A stretch of DNA of 63,868 nt, counting the filler, from Choristocarpus tenellus KU-1152 (taxonomy: Eukaryota; Protista; Phaeophyceae): NCBI GenBank assembly GCA_964200185.2. It is 13 parts of 13 records of this genome, joined end to end, with 100 filler letters (N's around TTAATTAATTAA, not from the genome) between each part and the next. Parts side by side here need not be neighbours in the genome. Positions count along the whole stretch, not along the records: positions 1 to 8,074 come from CAXNAD020005192.1; positions 8,175 to 15,997 come from CAXNAD020005535.1; 11 more parts are not named here. One strand, written 5' to 3'. The translations under genes were made by a program, and so were the position numbers. Under the pieces are notes generated by a model. That model saw only the letters and a list, made by a program, of their open reading frames with translations, was not told the origin of the DNA and made no database searches. Below are positions 1 to 11,951 of the stretch, piece after piece (the stretch's first letter is position 1; every line of letters begins with the position of its first letter).

Positions 1-482
1 CTTTGGGACGCTCAGATAAGAACAGTGGGTGATGACGATGCAACTGGGAGGTGAGAGAGAGGGGGGAGTGGTCATGTGGGTGCTTCAACAGGAGTTCATG
101 GTTGACTTCAATAATGAACACGTGAGGAAATGACTGGTGATCTATAATACTTAAGAAGCACGATCTCACAAGTGAATAGATACTAGGAGATTTACATTCC
201 CAAAAAGTAGGAACATCACACATGCAATCTCCCCAGATCACTGCACACAATAGGTAAAAATACAAAAAAAGTATCAACAAGAAGTATGCACCTTACACCA
301 CAAACTACACATACCGATCTCCCTCCCTTCAAACCCCCCACATGTTCAGCCACCAACATTAACTTAACAATTAACAGAACCTATACTGCAGTAGTACCCT
401 GAACCCCAGTTGCATCAACATGGAGCATCTATGCAATCGCCACACCAGTCTTTCCATTTTATCATTTTTGACAAAGTCTCAC

Positions 483-2500
483 ATGCTTATTGAACCCCTC
501 CACAGAATATAAACACAGGGAGGTGTCCACCCCCCCAGACACTAACATCTCCCCTCTTCTTGCAGATCCCTTTTTCCCACTAACACCATTCCCCCCAACC
601 CTGTCTTCCATTCCAGGGTGCAGCGCCAAAGCCAGGACATCGTGTGTGTGCTGCCGCTGCATAGAGCCCACAGTCCATTCTCCCCTGAACCCACCCCATC
701 CCGCCCCCCACCCAGCCACTGCTGGATTCTTCTTGTTCTCATCCTCCAAGGGGAGATCAGATTCACCATTGCCACTGTCGTCCTCAGGTGGGGATGCATG
801 TGTGGGCCGGACACGGTCAAGGCACACCACCTTGCCATCCATCCCAGAACAAAAGAGCCTGGTTCCATCGCTAGAAACGCACAGTGTCAGCACATCTGCC
901 TGGTGCGTGACTAGGCTCTGCTGCTGGGTGCCAGATAGTTGATCCCAGACCTGGTGGAACACCACACACAAGTGACAAGGCAGTGTGTAGGGTGGGAGGG
1001 GGGTCACAGGTGAGAGGAGTGGAAGAGGGTGGCATGTTCATTGGGGAAAAAAATGTGCGTATGTAGTGGGGGAAGGTACCTGGTGTCCAAGGCTATTTAA
1101 AGCTCTAATTGTGCATAGAATGGCAGTTGGACGCTATTTGAAACATACCAATGGTTTGCTTCACAACTGTAGAAGTACTCCTTGCCTGCACTCTCCCTTC
1201 TGAGTCGCCACTGACAACAGTGCCATCTGGAAGACCTTCGAGCGCCCACACCAGAGTATCCTTCTTCTTGATACCTTCCAGTCTCATGTCGAACTGAGGG
1301 AACAAAACAAGTCATTCAATGGGGACATATATTGCCCAGAATGTGATGGACCGAGCGCTCAGTATAATGTGTGACATGATGAATCTGAACAAAGGTACAT
1401 TTCTCCATCAATACCTATGCGGACAAGGGCACAATGCTATCTATATGGTAACTGGAGAAACCAGTTCTCAGACTTGGAGTATGTTTGAGCTAGGCATACT
1501 GATTCCGAATCAATAGGTCAGTTCTCGAGCACAGAATCCCACCAACCTCCACACCTATTCAACCCCCAGGTCAATATCTACCTGCATATCGACTGTATCA
1601 AGTTCCAAGGACTGGCAATTGAAAATCATCATTAACCAGCCATGGATGTAATGAAGGTGGCAATATCACATGCGTCTAGATATAGTACTGTGCAGGTAAA
1701 GGGTGTCATTGCCTTCCTATTCGTGTTCCACACTATAGCCGACAGTGCTCCCCGAACTTTGTCAAGGCTACTGAGAAACACTTCTTGCGACCACTAAATG
1801 ATGTGGTGGTGCATGTACTGTTCCAGCCCTGAAGGGGTTCATGCGACTTGTTAAGGTGGCAATGCAACCGACCACCTGGCCTCACCAAGCTTTGGCCACT
1901 CGATGCCTCGTAGCAGTGCACCAGAGAGTTCGAGCAGCCCGCGAATATCACATCGTCCTCCAGTCCCCAGGTTACGCTGAGCACCCGTGTGTTGGTCTTT
2001 GGGAAAGTCTTCTCGTACTCCAGCCCATCTTTCGTAGAAAAAAGCTTGATAGTGCCATCTTCACACCCAACGGCGAGCTGCGGTCGGGAGGTCGCTGCCG
2101 CCATGCACCATACTGCCCCTCCATAACTTTCGCGGACATTCTTATAGCATAGTCGCAACAGGTCAACCTCAAATAATACTCCATCGAGACCGCACCCGAA
2201 CAGTCTTGCTGTTGATGGTCGAGCAGTTCCTGCCCCACCCTCCCTCGTCTCACCTCCATTATTCTCAGCTCCTTCCTCACCCTTGGTCCACACCAGAGAG
2301 CGTAGGCTCTTACCAGATATCCCTGGAATTCTAGCCTCCACCCTGTACCCTTCCATAGGGACAGTGAGCTCTATATCGCCGTCTGCTCTTCCCACAGCTA
2401 CTACCTTGCCGTCTGGGCGTGTTGCCAGGGCGTGGATAGCGGACGGCATCCATCCGGTGAAGGCACACTTGTGGACTGCTAGTGCTACTGATTCTGACAT
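483..2500 (-). CDS. UTP4: U3 snoRNA-associated protein 4 (UTP4/cirhin), WD40 protein; 5' part only
   Basis: Exons 2500-1886, 1293-1186 and 950-483, all phase 0. The N-terminus MSESVALAVHKCAFTGWMPSAIHALA...VAVGRADGDIEL matches the UTP4 start. WD-like segments: GGAVWCMA...LAVGCEDGTIKLF, TLVWAL...GTVVSGDSEGRVQ|VWD, HTHDVLALA, LVSGGVD. Intron 2 has a GC donor. Confidence 0.9.
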
Positions 2501-4514
2501 GACGCAGGGTTGTGCCTCCCAGTACCACCCTTCCGCTTGTCACCACTTCACATTGGTCACAACTCGATATGTTTAGGATCTAAGGTGATACAGCAAGCAC
2601 CTGGAAGGCTTTCTACATGTAGTACAAACTTCTCTTCTTCAAAGTATATACCAAAAAATAGATATATATGCCACATCCAACTACATCCACACCAAAATTA
2701 CAAATTTGTTTCGTCGTGTACCACGTCAAATATAGCGTAGGCAACCCTCGCCTGATGGATACCTGTCAAGACCACGGCTCACAGGTGTATATAAAAATCG
2801 CCTGTACCCTTCGTCGAAAGATAGGTGATGGGTCTACTACACACGTGTCCCAAGGTGATCAGAGTACAGACTGGACGATGCCTTCCTGTACTGACATTGA
2901 TGATGACAAACGCTTTCCTCCAGTAGTCTTGGTCAACTGTTGTGATTCCCACCAAAACCTCAACGAGTTAGAGAACCTTTTGGAACTTTCACTCGTTGGT
3001 ATAGATACATACACACATTATATCGAATATTACCAATTGTTCCAAATATTCCTCAGAGGTTTGTGTGTGCCCAGATGGTGGTACGTACTACTTCGATAAA
3101 ACACCACACGAGGAAGTTGAGTAACATCCCCGTCCAATATGCAGTCGATTCAGTGTAACGTGGCCAGAGCGTACCAACACGGCGGAAGCAGCAGCAGGAG
3201 CCTTAGCCACAAAATGGTGTGAAGTAGGGGTGGGCGCTACATAAAGTGTTGTGAGCCAAACTTTGTTATACTGTTGTTGTTGTTGTTCATTGCAATGTCC
3301 ACCAGTTCTAGTGCTTGGAAGCACGTTGTTGATGCGTGTGCATAGTAAGATATTAAATAGTGCTCGCCTATGAGACTTTGTTTTGCCGTTTGTTGTCGTG
3401 TCTAACAACAGGGCTATTTCCAGTATTTGGAAACCCATTGCTGTAGTAGTAATATCGTTAAATACTGATAGTACAACTATTTACTTGCTGGGTCCAACGT
3501 TGTAAACGCTCCCATAGTAATGCACACACAAGGATCAATGCAGGGTGTAAGGTGTGGAATGGGGAGTTCATAGTGATACCCAGAGAACACTTGAGGTAGA
3601 AAACGACAGACAGACCTCCTGAAGGTGCAAGAGGTGCCAATCAATTCGTAACAGTCACAAATCCAATACGTGTCATCTCACTGGTTCAGAAAGGGGGAGA
3701 GATCGTGCGTCAGGGATTCTATCCCTAGGCCCCTTCCATTATCATACCAAGTACTACATAATATTCTCTGATTAACTCTACACTATATATTGCAATTGGT
3801 CAGGAGTATATATCCTACTATAATAGTATCGTTACTAGTTTCATTCATATGATCACTATGTACCATCATTCATTGCGTTTTACAGTCAGTGAGTGGTACG
3901 TTATTCAAAACACTTATTTGATGTGTACATACCTTCAAAAAAAGGTGTACCATCGATATTATTACTCCTGTATATAAATGTTTATATGGAGGGTAGTAAG
4001 AAACGGAGCGACGTGTGTGTGTGGTTTACACTACTTCTAAGTAAATTACGCTCAACACCGATTAGAAGGAGAGGTTGACCATCTGCACTCAAGATGGTCC
4101 AGGATCCCCTGCTTTCCCGTTCATCCTAGTTTTGAGCCACAAGGCAAGGGCAGCTATGACAATAGCAATACACCACCAAGGTTCTTCTCTTGTCATCTGA
4201 TTTCAAATTTCCGTTCTTCTGGTGGATCGGAAGCGCAAGGTACTCTTAATTAATACTCTATATCAAGGTGGGTCCTTTATCAGATAAAAAAATATAAACG
4301 ACCTGTCCAATTATTATGTGCGATGTTGCTGGGAGGGCTCCTTTAGGGCCCGTGCAAGACATGTGTGTTGCTGTGCTATTAATACATCGAACATCTCATG
4401 CCGAAGATGGCTACCCTTGCTTGTGAAAGACTCGAGTCCGCACACCATTTTCCCGCAAGATAATGTACTCTAGAGCAATATAGTAGAAGTAGCAGTAGCA
4501 GCAGCATCACCGAT

Positions 4515-5045
4515 ATGGATTGTATATGATTGTGTGACATGGACACTCCGCTAGGTCGACTATGTGAAGCTTCAGTCTCAGCATCACCAAGTCCTCCTAT
4601 GCAGCATCAGATTTTGGAAAAGAGGTAACACGCCGATCATGCACACTGTGCCCTACAACAATGTCCGTGTGAAGGCTGGAATGGGCATGACAGCATCAAG
4701 GCAACTGTGCAAAAATGGAGCCTCCTGTTCGCAGGGTTTGTTGCACACAAGAGCAATGAGTGACTCCCAAAGTCATTGGTGCTTGAGGAACTTGAAGATG
4801 TTAAGCGAAAGTAAGGTAGACAGGAGGAGAAGAGCTGGTGTATGAGCCCGCAAGACGATCTTGAGAAAGTTTGGGACCGTAAATGAGGGATGGAGCACGA
4901 GGACAACAAACCCAAACAAATATGAGGCACGAGTGTGTAGTTGATGGAACAAAGAGCTTCGTGGAATGGATGAAATCAATTGGCATGGCAGAGAAGCTGT
5001 GATAGCTGACACATATGTCATGCGAAGGCAGAAGCTAAGCCATTC
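4515..5045 (+). mobile_element. Degenerate 3' fragment of an RTE-clade LINE (C-terminal to the RT domain)
   Basis: Translation with stops and frameshifts gives CVTWTLR..YVKLQSQHHQVLL..I.FWKR, then SIKATVQKWSLLFAGFVAHKSNE*LPKVI. This resembles the RTE C-terminal pattern (YGCVTW...SIEATVRKRRLLFAGFVARM...RLPK). A homologous copy lies at ~44500-44870. Confidence 0.7.
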
Positions 5046-5602
5046 TAAGCAGATTGGGGCACCTGTGCACTCACCACTGCCCCCTGAATGTTGCTTTTTC
5101 TCGCTGTCTCTTTTCTATTGGGTCGATTATTATTATTACATTCTGCTTTCCTTTGTGTGTCGTTTGGATTGGATGGAGCAGGTGTGATATCGAATTCTTC
5201 TTTTCCCCTTTCTCCCATAGGATCTGCTTGTGATGTTGGCCACGTTGATACCCTGTCCCAGCTATTATTGGGTGCTACTGCATTATGCCTGGGCCTTCTT
5301 GGCTACCCTCCTCGCTGTATGGAGTTTCCCTCCCTCCCTCCCTCCCTCTCTCGCGTTTGTTCTCATTTATGTATCTGTGTATGAATAATATTTTGTGTTC
5401 TCTCAAGCATGGTGATACTGTTTTCCCTCCAACTACCTTTCAGACACAAATTTTGGAATCCCTCAATCTAATGCTGGAGGTAAGAAAGATGATGATGATA
5501 AGGACAACATTCATTGTAAATGTGGATCATAGCAGTGTACACACTACTTTGCGGTGAACCTCTATAGTAAAGGAGACATTGTTGTGTTGTGTTGTTTTCA
5601 AG

Positions 5603-5726
5603 TAGTACATTTTCTTTGAAACGTGTCTTAGCATTGACGACAACTCTTGTATTTACAGTAGTAGACCTTGTATTTGTAGTTCTGATTTTTCCCTGACAGG
5701 TCCGCAAAGTGTCAGAGGGCACAATA
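5603..5726. repeat. Solo right arm of TIR family D
   Basis: Similar to 43927-44058 (tagtacat...gtgtcttagcattgacga...agggcacaat). Its end is the reverse complement of 33250 and 43366 (ttattatgccctctg). Confidence 0.55.
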
Positions 5727-7043
5727 ACATAACAATAGTTACAATGTGGTAATATATTACCGTTACAATGTTGTAACAGTTACGTACGGTAGTATGATAG
5801 TGGAATAATAGTAAATAATAGCAGAATAAATACACTTGGTGTTGATTGACTCACATCCACACAGAGCACTTCTGGGGTTGGTTTATTCACAGCGCAATGG
5901 CCCACCATCCATATGGTGGATCACAGGCAGGAGTATAAAAATAACCGCAAAACATTATACGGATGACGTTTCGTGAGCCACCAAGTGTAACAAGAGAAAT
6001 TGTGGTAACAATGTCAAATAGGGTACTGTTTTCATTGTTAAGGAGAGGATCGTAATGCACTCACAACAACAAAACTGCACATCTCGCCTTGCTCTCCATC
6101 ATCACAAAGAGATGTACTCACGACAGAGACTGGAAAATGCTACCACCGCTGCACATCAGCTCACCCAACATTACCAGTGTGTCAACTCATTGTAGTAGCG
6201 CGTATAAACAAAGAATAAATCAACTGCAGTACAGGGGAGGTAGGTTCATCAACAAAGAATAGCTCTGCTTCCTTATCTTTCTTTTAAAAAAAGCAACATC
6301 CCTTTTTACTTACGTACAGAGTTTGGGACACCCTCAATACACACACAATCTTCTTCTGTAACCGTCAGGTAGTCCCATTGTGTGTGTACGGTCACCAGAT
6401 CTTAACAGTTTCAGATATGAATGATATCATACCTTCGCATCGAGATGGTCAGAGGTAACACCCCACCAAATGCAGCCAACACATCTCACAATTGAACACA
6501 CCTAAACCACACAAACGAATACACCCATGAAGGCCCCCCTGCAGGCCACCACGGATATCAATAGCAAATGACATCATTGCACCAACAAACATAGGCGAAG
6601 AACATACGTTTGTATGTACAAATGATCCCGGGATCCTGTGTGACCGTTCCTCATCCATGACTATGGTCAACAACAAGGATGCAAAGAAGGCTGCTATCAG
6701 TGACCAGCGAAGGATTGGAATGCCCGCTCAGGTGTTTCTCCTCTGCCAGTCAACTACCTCAAGGAAAGAAAGTACACCAACTCCTCTGTCATGAAAACTG
6801 GGTTGACCATAGCCATCCGCACCCCAAAGACACTCGTTCCTCTTGACATCACCCACTGGCCCATTGCCAGGCACCCCCTCTTGCGCTGCAGTCTCAGGCA
6901 GTGGCCATCAGGCAATACGTTTTTCGGATAATCTGGGATCCCTACCTTCATTTACGATCGCCAAGGTTGCAATTGCTGCCCTGTCCAACAACCCTATGTA
7001 CAAGTATATTCGAACCACCATGCAATCCCCCTCCACGCGGTGC

Positions 7044-7645
7044 GCCACTGCCTCTCTCCGCCTCTGGTGGTGTTGGTGGCGAGATTAACACCCTGTGGGG
7101 TCTATTTGACGCTGGTGCCCTTGGCACTGTGAATACCCTGCACCATTCTGGTGCAGCAGCACTGCTTCAGTCTACCACCAATCATGCATGTGGCGAGATT
7201 AGAGTCAAAATATTTTAGAGGGTAGAGCTGCATCTATTTGGGGGCCAAAATCCAATGTTGCAATTTTGTTGTAATTTTGTTTTGTTAGGAAGTGTCAATA
7301 TCCTTGTTGTGGACACACCTTTTCATAATGTATACATTTTTCCTACTCAAAAATATTTTGGAGTAGGTAAATGTCTTAAGAACCCCCGAGGGAAGCCAAG
7401 CCCCAAATGGACAAAAAGGGCAAAACTCGTACTCTCTAAGATACTTTCACTCATGAGCACCCTGCCCCTTTGTGATGACATTGCACCACCACCTCTCTCT
7501 GTCTCTGGCGATGTTGGTGGTGAGATGAAAACCCCGTGGCTAGGTGATGCTGACGTCTGTAGCACTGTGAACATCCTGCGCCGCCATGGTGCAGCAACAC
7601 TGCCTCTCTCCACCACCGGTGATGTGGGTGGTGAGATGACAACTC
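7044..7645 (+). repeat. Degenerate ~155-bp direct repeat pair flanking a MITE
   Basis: 7044-7200 translates PLPLSASGGVGGEINTLWG...GTVNTLHHSGAAALL and 7484-7645 translates PPPLSVSGDVGGEMKTPW...STVNILRRHGAATLP. Confidence 0.7.
7202..7452 (+). mobile_element. MITE family A copy
   Basis: TIRs GAGTCAAAATATTTTAGAGGGTA...TACTCTCTAAGATACTTTCACTC; the internal sequence is shared with 5 other copies in the window. Confidence 0.85.
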
Positions 7646-8074
7646 CATTCCTCTGTCTCTGCCACGAGTGATGTGGGTGGAGAGATAAGTATATGTTGAT
7701 TTTTTTGTGATGCCGGGTGAGGAGGAGGGAGGAAGACCCAGAATCACCTTGTGCAGGGCTCATTGCAGGACAAGCGGTCCACGTACGTCGCTTTTTGACA
7801 TCTTTGACCTTTTCGAGAGGTAGATATTGTTGAACTATCCCACATTGGACCCGCGGCTTTTATGGTGCTTTAATGAAGTACAAAGAACAGCTTGATGTAG
7901 ATGAGTAAGGTTAATATTACAAGGGCCTTTGTGGTCTCAATTCCGCCGACTGAGCTCGTGGGTGAGACTCTAGCCTTAATTACCATCATTACTCTATAGT
8001 GTGGGGTTTGGAACCGTCCTCACTAATTTACTATGAATTACTTATTTACTTATCTTAAGCATAGGAAGTGTATC

Positions 8075-8174
8075 NNNNNNNNNNNNNNNNNNNNNNNNNN
8101 NNNNNNNNNNNNNNNNNNTTAATTAATTAANNNNNNNNNNNNNNNNNNNNNNNNNNNNNNNNNNNNNNNNNNNN
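8075..8174. other. Artificial contig linker (first of 12)
   Basis: N44-TTAATTAATTAA-N44, giving stops in all six frames. Also at 15998, 18777, 22772, 31913, 34727, 38084, 41977, 49156, 53354, 56899 and 61034, each 100 bp. Confidence 0.97.
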
Positions 8175-8343
8175 AAAAAAGCGGAAAAAAAAATTAAACT
8201 TGATGAAAAAAAAAATTCAACCCCAAATGATCTTTTGCCCCCCCCCCCCCGCCCCCGCCTCTCTGCAGAAAGCAAAAAAAAAGGGACACAGACCCCCTTT
8301 CCCAACACGGCACAGGAGCAAGATCCTTCTCGTTCCAAAACAC

Positions 8344-11300
8344 CTAAACCTCCCCTTCCTCCTCCTCCTCCTCCTCCTCCTCTTCCTCCCGAACAGCTCC
8401 TGGGGCCAGCTCCAGGGCGCGTTCAGGAATAAGGCAGTTGAGTGTTCCGCAACCAAGGACCTGCTCAGGGAGCTGCACGCACCGAGATTAGTACAATGTG
8501 CCATCGTCCCATTTGTTCCATGCCATACCACGGACCCCACAATTGAAGTGCGGCAGAAACGCACGAGCACAGGAGAGAGAGAGAGAGAGAGAGATTAACA
8601 CAAGTATTTTCACAAAAAAAAACAGCGGGAAAGGGACTGTGAGGATGGCAAAGAGAGACAAACCTGTGAGCTGTAGTTCGTTCGCCCTGTCCAAGTCACC
8701 TCTTTCATGGTCACCCGCTACACAGAGGTGGGACTGCAAACTAGGTGGGGGAGGGGGAGGGGGAGGGGGAGAGGGCGAGGATCCACCTGATGGCACTAAC
8801 TACTGTATGGGAGAAGAAAACGATGATGAGCTACAGAACCAATGGGGAGGAATTGTATAATTGAAGCCTGTCCGTTGCCATCGATGAAAATGGCATAAAA
8901 ACAATTTGATCAGGTCAGAGGGTTCGTAACCTCCAGTAGCTGTAGATTTCGGGTGTGTGCATAGTCAGACAACACGGTGACAACATATGACAAGCATTGT
9001 CTATGGATGTGCTGGGAATGACAAGGGTATGATATTTTGTCTTCCCAGGGATATATATATATATATATATTGCATCATTTTGCCACTGGATTAGTAGTGG
9101 ATAGAAGGCGAATGAGAGAGACAAGTAGTACATCTTGCTAGTACCGTACACGACCAAACACAAGAGCCAGAAGATTGACAAATAAAGTTTGCAGCAATTC
9201 TTGGCCAGCCTCTTTTAACAGGGTGTGCAAACCTATCGAACAACAGCATTCATGAGCATACAGCACTCCATGGAACACAAGCACCGTCTTTTTTTCTTCT
9301 CTTACGGGGCTACTATCTTATTAACTCCAATGATGTATGACCATGGAAAGGAGGTGAGCATTTCAGAACAGGTGGAGGAAGTGATCAGACTTCCTTGCTG
9401 ACTATGTCCTCACTGTCTCTCTGTCTTAGTCAAGCCTCCCCTCCCCTGGATCACTCACAGCTATTGCATAAGTAACCTCTCACCTCATCGTCGGAACGCC
9501 CCTCCACCAAGAAGGCCACACTGATGCACATAGAACCAAACTTATGCCGCACATGGTTCAATCCCTTCCTTGCTAGGAATGACCACCTCCAAACGTTGAC
9601 ATCCATCTCCAGGTAACTGCCTGGAGCAAAACTTCCTCCATGCCCCCCCTCCCCCCCAATCTCCTTATCCTGTCCCTGTCCTGTGCCCTCATTCCCATTC
9701 CCTCGGCAAGCCCTTACATCAGACCCAGTCCCCTTGGCTTTGCTCTTCCCTGAGCCGCAGTCATGTCCATGTAGGGTGTTGATAGACATTTCTCTCTTGC
9801 AATTTCCACGTGTGAGTAGTCCTGACTTAGTGAAGAGCACCGGCTTCCCATTGTACGGGTGTATGAACTTGGGCAGTTCTAGCACACTCATGTTTCGCAA
9901 CAATGCAACGGTTTTGAGACGTCTCCTCATTGTGGGGTCTGATTCTGCTTGACTGATCGCTCCTCCAACCCCGCACACCACAAGCACCCATCCCAAAATA
10001 TTGTGATTAATTGTTGGCAGTAGGTGTGGACATGGTAAGAATGGGAACGAAAAAGGGGCAGGGGTGAGGGTAAATGTTTGGCAATAGCGTATAGACTAAA
10101 AGTCGTCTACAGACATGGTAAGTATTAAAATAAACTTTGATGTAAAAGGGCATGTGGGAATTGTACCTGACGCACATTAATATAGATGACAGAGATGGAG
10201 ATCATGACTCCTTACTGTTAGGACCTCTCCAATCCCGTTCATCTACCTAGCTAGCCTGTCCTTGTCTTGCATTCTTCTTTCACCCTCTTGATAGCTCTAC
10301 GAGTTGCGGACTTAGCTTAACCATTTCCCACAACAACCATTCGTGCACCCATATTTCCAATCTCGAGTTGATGGATTGTTCTGTTCCCAATCAATCAACA
10401 TAGAAGGAGATAATTTATCCGCCAGTGAACTGGTGTCAAAGAGCCCCTCTCCCCTCCACAATCCACTCTGATTCTTTCTCTTACCTACAGTAGGCTTGCA
10501 AGAGGCGTATCGAGCTGCTTGCAGAGTCTGGATCCTCCAACGCCTTTACGGTATCCTCTGATATCGCGAAATAAAAGACTACATGTAAAGTTGGTCCATC
10601 CACCTTCTTCTTCCGCATAACAGTAGGTGCCTGATCACAGAGGGTTTGCATTGATTTCAACAGGGCTCACTATTAGAGGGCGGAGAGTTGACAAAGTTAT
10701 GGAACGTGGAACGTCGTTATTCCCAATTACAATTTACGTCGATGCTCGCGAATGGGCACCTGCACGAACATCAGGCCATTTTAGAGGAACTCACAAGTTG
10801 GATTAGGTCTAACTGGGACCAACATATGTAGTCCTAATAGCATCGGGTACTGTTGCACCCTGATAAATTCATAAACAACACTAGAGTGATCCGTTTGGGC
10901 GACGTGCAGTGTAAGGGCGGGGTTTGCTCTGTGAACAACAACACTACATAATATACACAGATCCCTCCGTTAGAACCCCAACAGGTCTGAACCTACCACC
11001 AGTAACAGCAACACTTGCACTGCCCTCACAGCCTTCCAACCCGGATGTGCATTCTTGCCTCCTTGTCTGGTCGATCAAGTCTCACCTCCATCGGCATTTG
11101 CATATTGATGATGAATAGGGAGGGCACTGTTGGGTGCCCTCGCTCTACGATGGGGAGGGAAATTCTCTCACCCAGTCGTTCCAGTCTTGCCTCGGATCTA
11201 TACCAGTCAATTGCTACCAATTCATACAACGCCTCGCCTGATGGTTCCTTGTGCTTGGTACGGAGGTAGTTAGGACCCATTCTGCCATGAGTTGTGAGGT

Positions 11301-11603
11301 GAAACCCATGGTATATTAGAACGTGTTGAATCTTTCAGGTTGTCGGAACACTCCGTAGAGATGGAGAACGGGAAGCTATTTGGTCTTTACCTTTTGTTGT
11401 AACCAACATATTAATGACGCTAGGGTCGAATTCAGCCATAGCTATCCCTCGGGTTTTGCACCTCACCTTACACGGAATGTATTCCCCGCTACGCGGGACC
11501 AACTGTGTTGAGGCATCGCTGTTGGTTCTCCACAAGGGACTTCTGGTACTGTTTCTCCAGCTACAGGGTTTGAAGAAGCTCCCTCTCCATTTGGTGACTC
11601 CAT
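8344..11603 (-). CDS. EDR2 C-terminal domain (DUF1336) protein, complete 5-exon model
   Basis: Exons 11603-11467, 11281-11086, 10630-10485, 9952-9484 and 8472-8344, phases consistent. Motifs: WS...NTFRVR|MGPNYL..K.KEPS, PSLFIINMQMP, HVVFYF, YNGKPVL, YLEMDVNV, AFLVEGRSDDE|LPEQVLGC. Poly-Glu tail, then TAG. Confidence 0.88.
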
Positions 11604-11951
11604 TCTGATGCGGGTCTTCCAGATGCCAACATAGAAGACCTCTCAAGGCCTCACTACAGTCACACCTCTTATGCAAAGGCGAAATGCAAACTTGAACCAC
11701 CACCTAACTTATCGGAGGAAATGTCAAGATATACACCACTTTGTTGAAAGTGTTGGTAATTGAGAATTGCTGAGTGCTTGGTTCCATTTTGTGTTGGTCG
11801 TTCTTGGCAACACTAAAGATCAGTGTGCAAAATACTCCCATTAAATTTTTTTTGTAGATACAAACAGGAGAGACGAGGTGCTGGTTTTTTCTTTCCTTCG
11901 TTCGACCACTCCTGTGTCTGGACGTACGCCAGAGACAGATCCACTAGGCAC
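11604..11951. promoter_or_regulatory. Probable bidirectional promoter between the DUF1336 gene and XRCC3
   Basis: Only 348 bp separate the two divergent modelled ATGs. Confidence 0.55.

Noticed and set aside
2668-3640. ORFs upstream of UTP4
   Set aside because: No recognisable motifs or consistent exon chain; left unannotated.
8905-8945. GGTTCG B-box-like motif suggesting a tRNA or SINE
   Set aside because: No cloverleaf or A-box is recognisable. I found no tRNA or rRNA gene in the window by eye.
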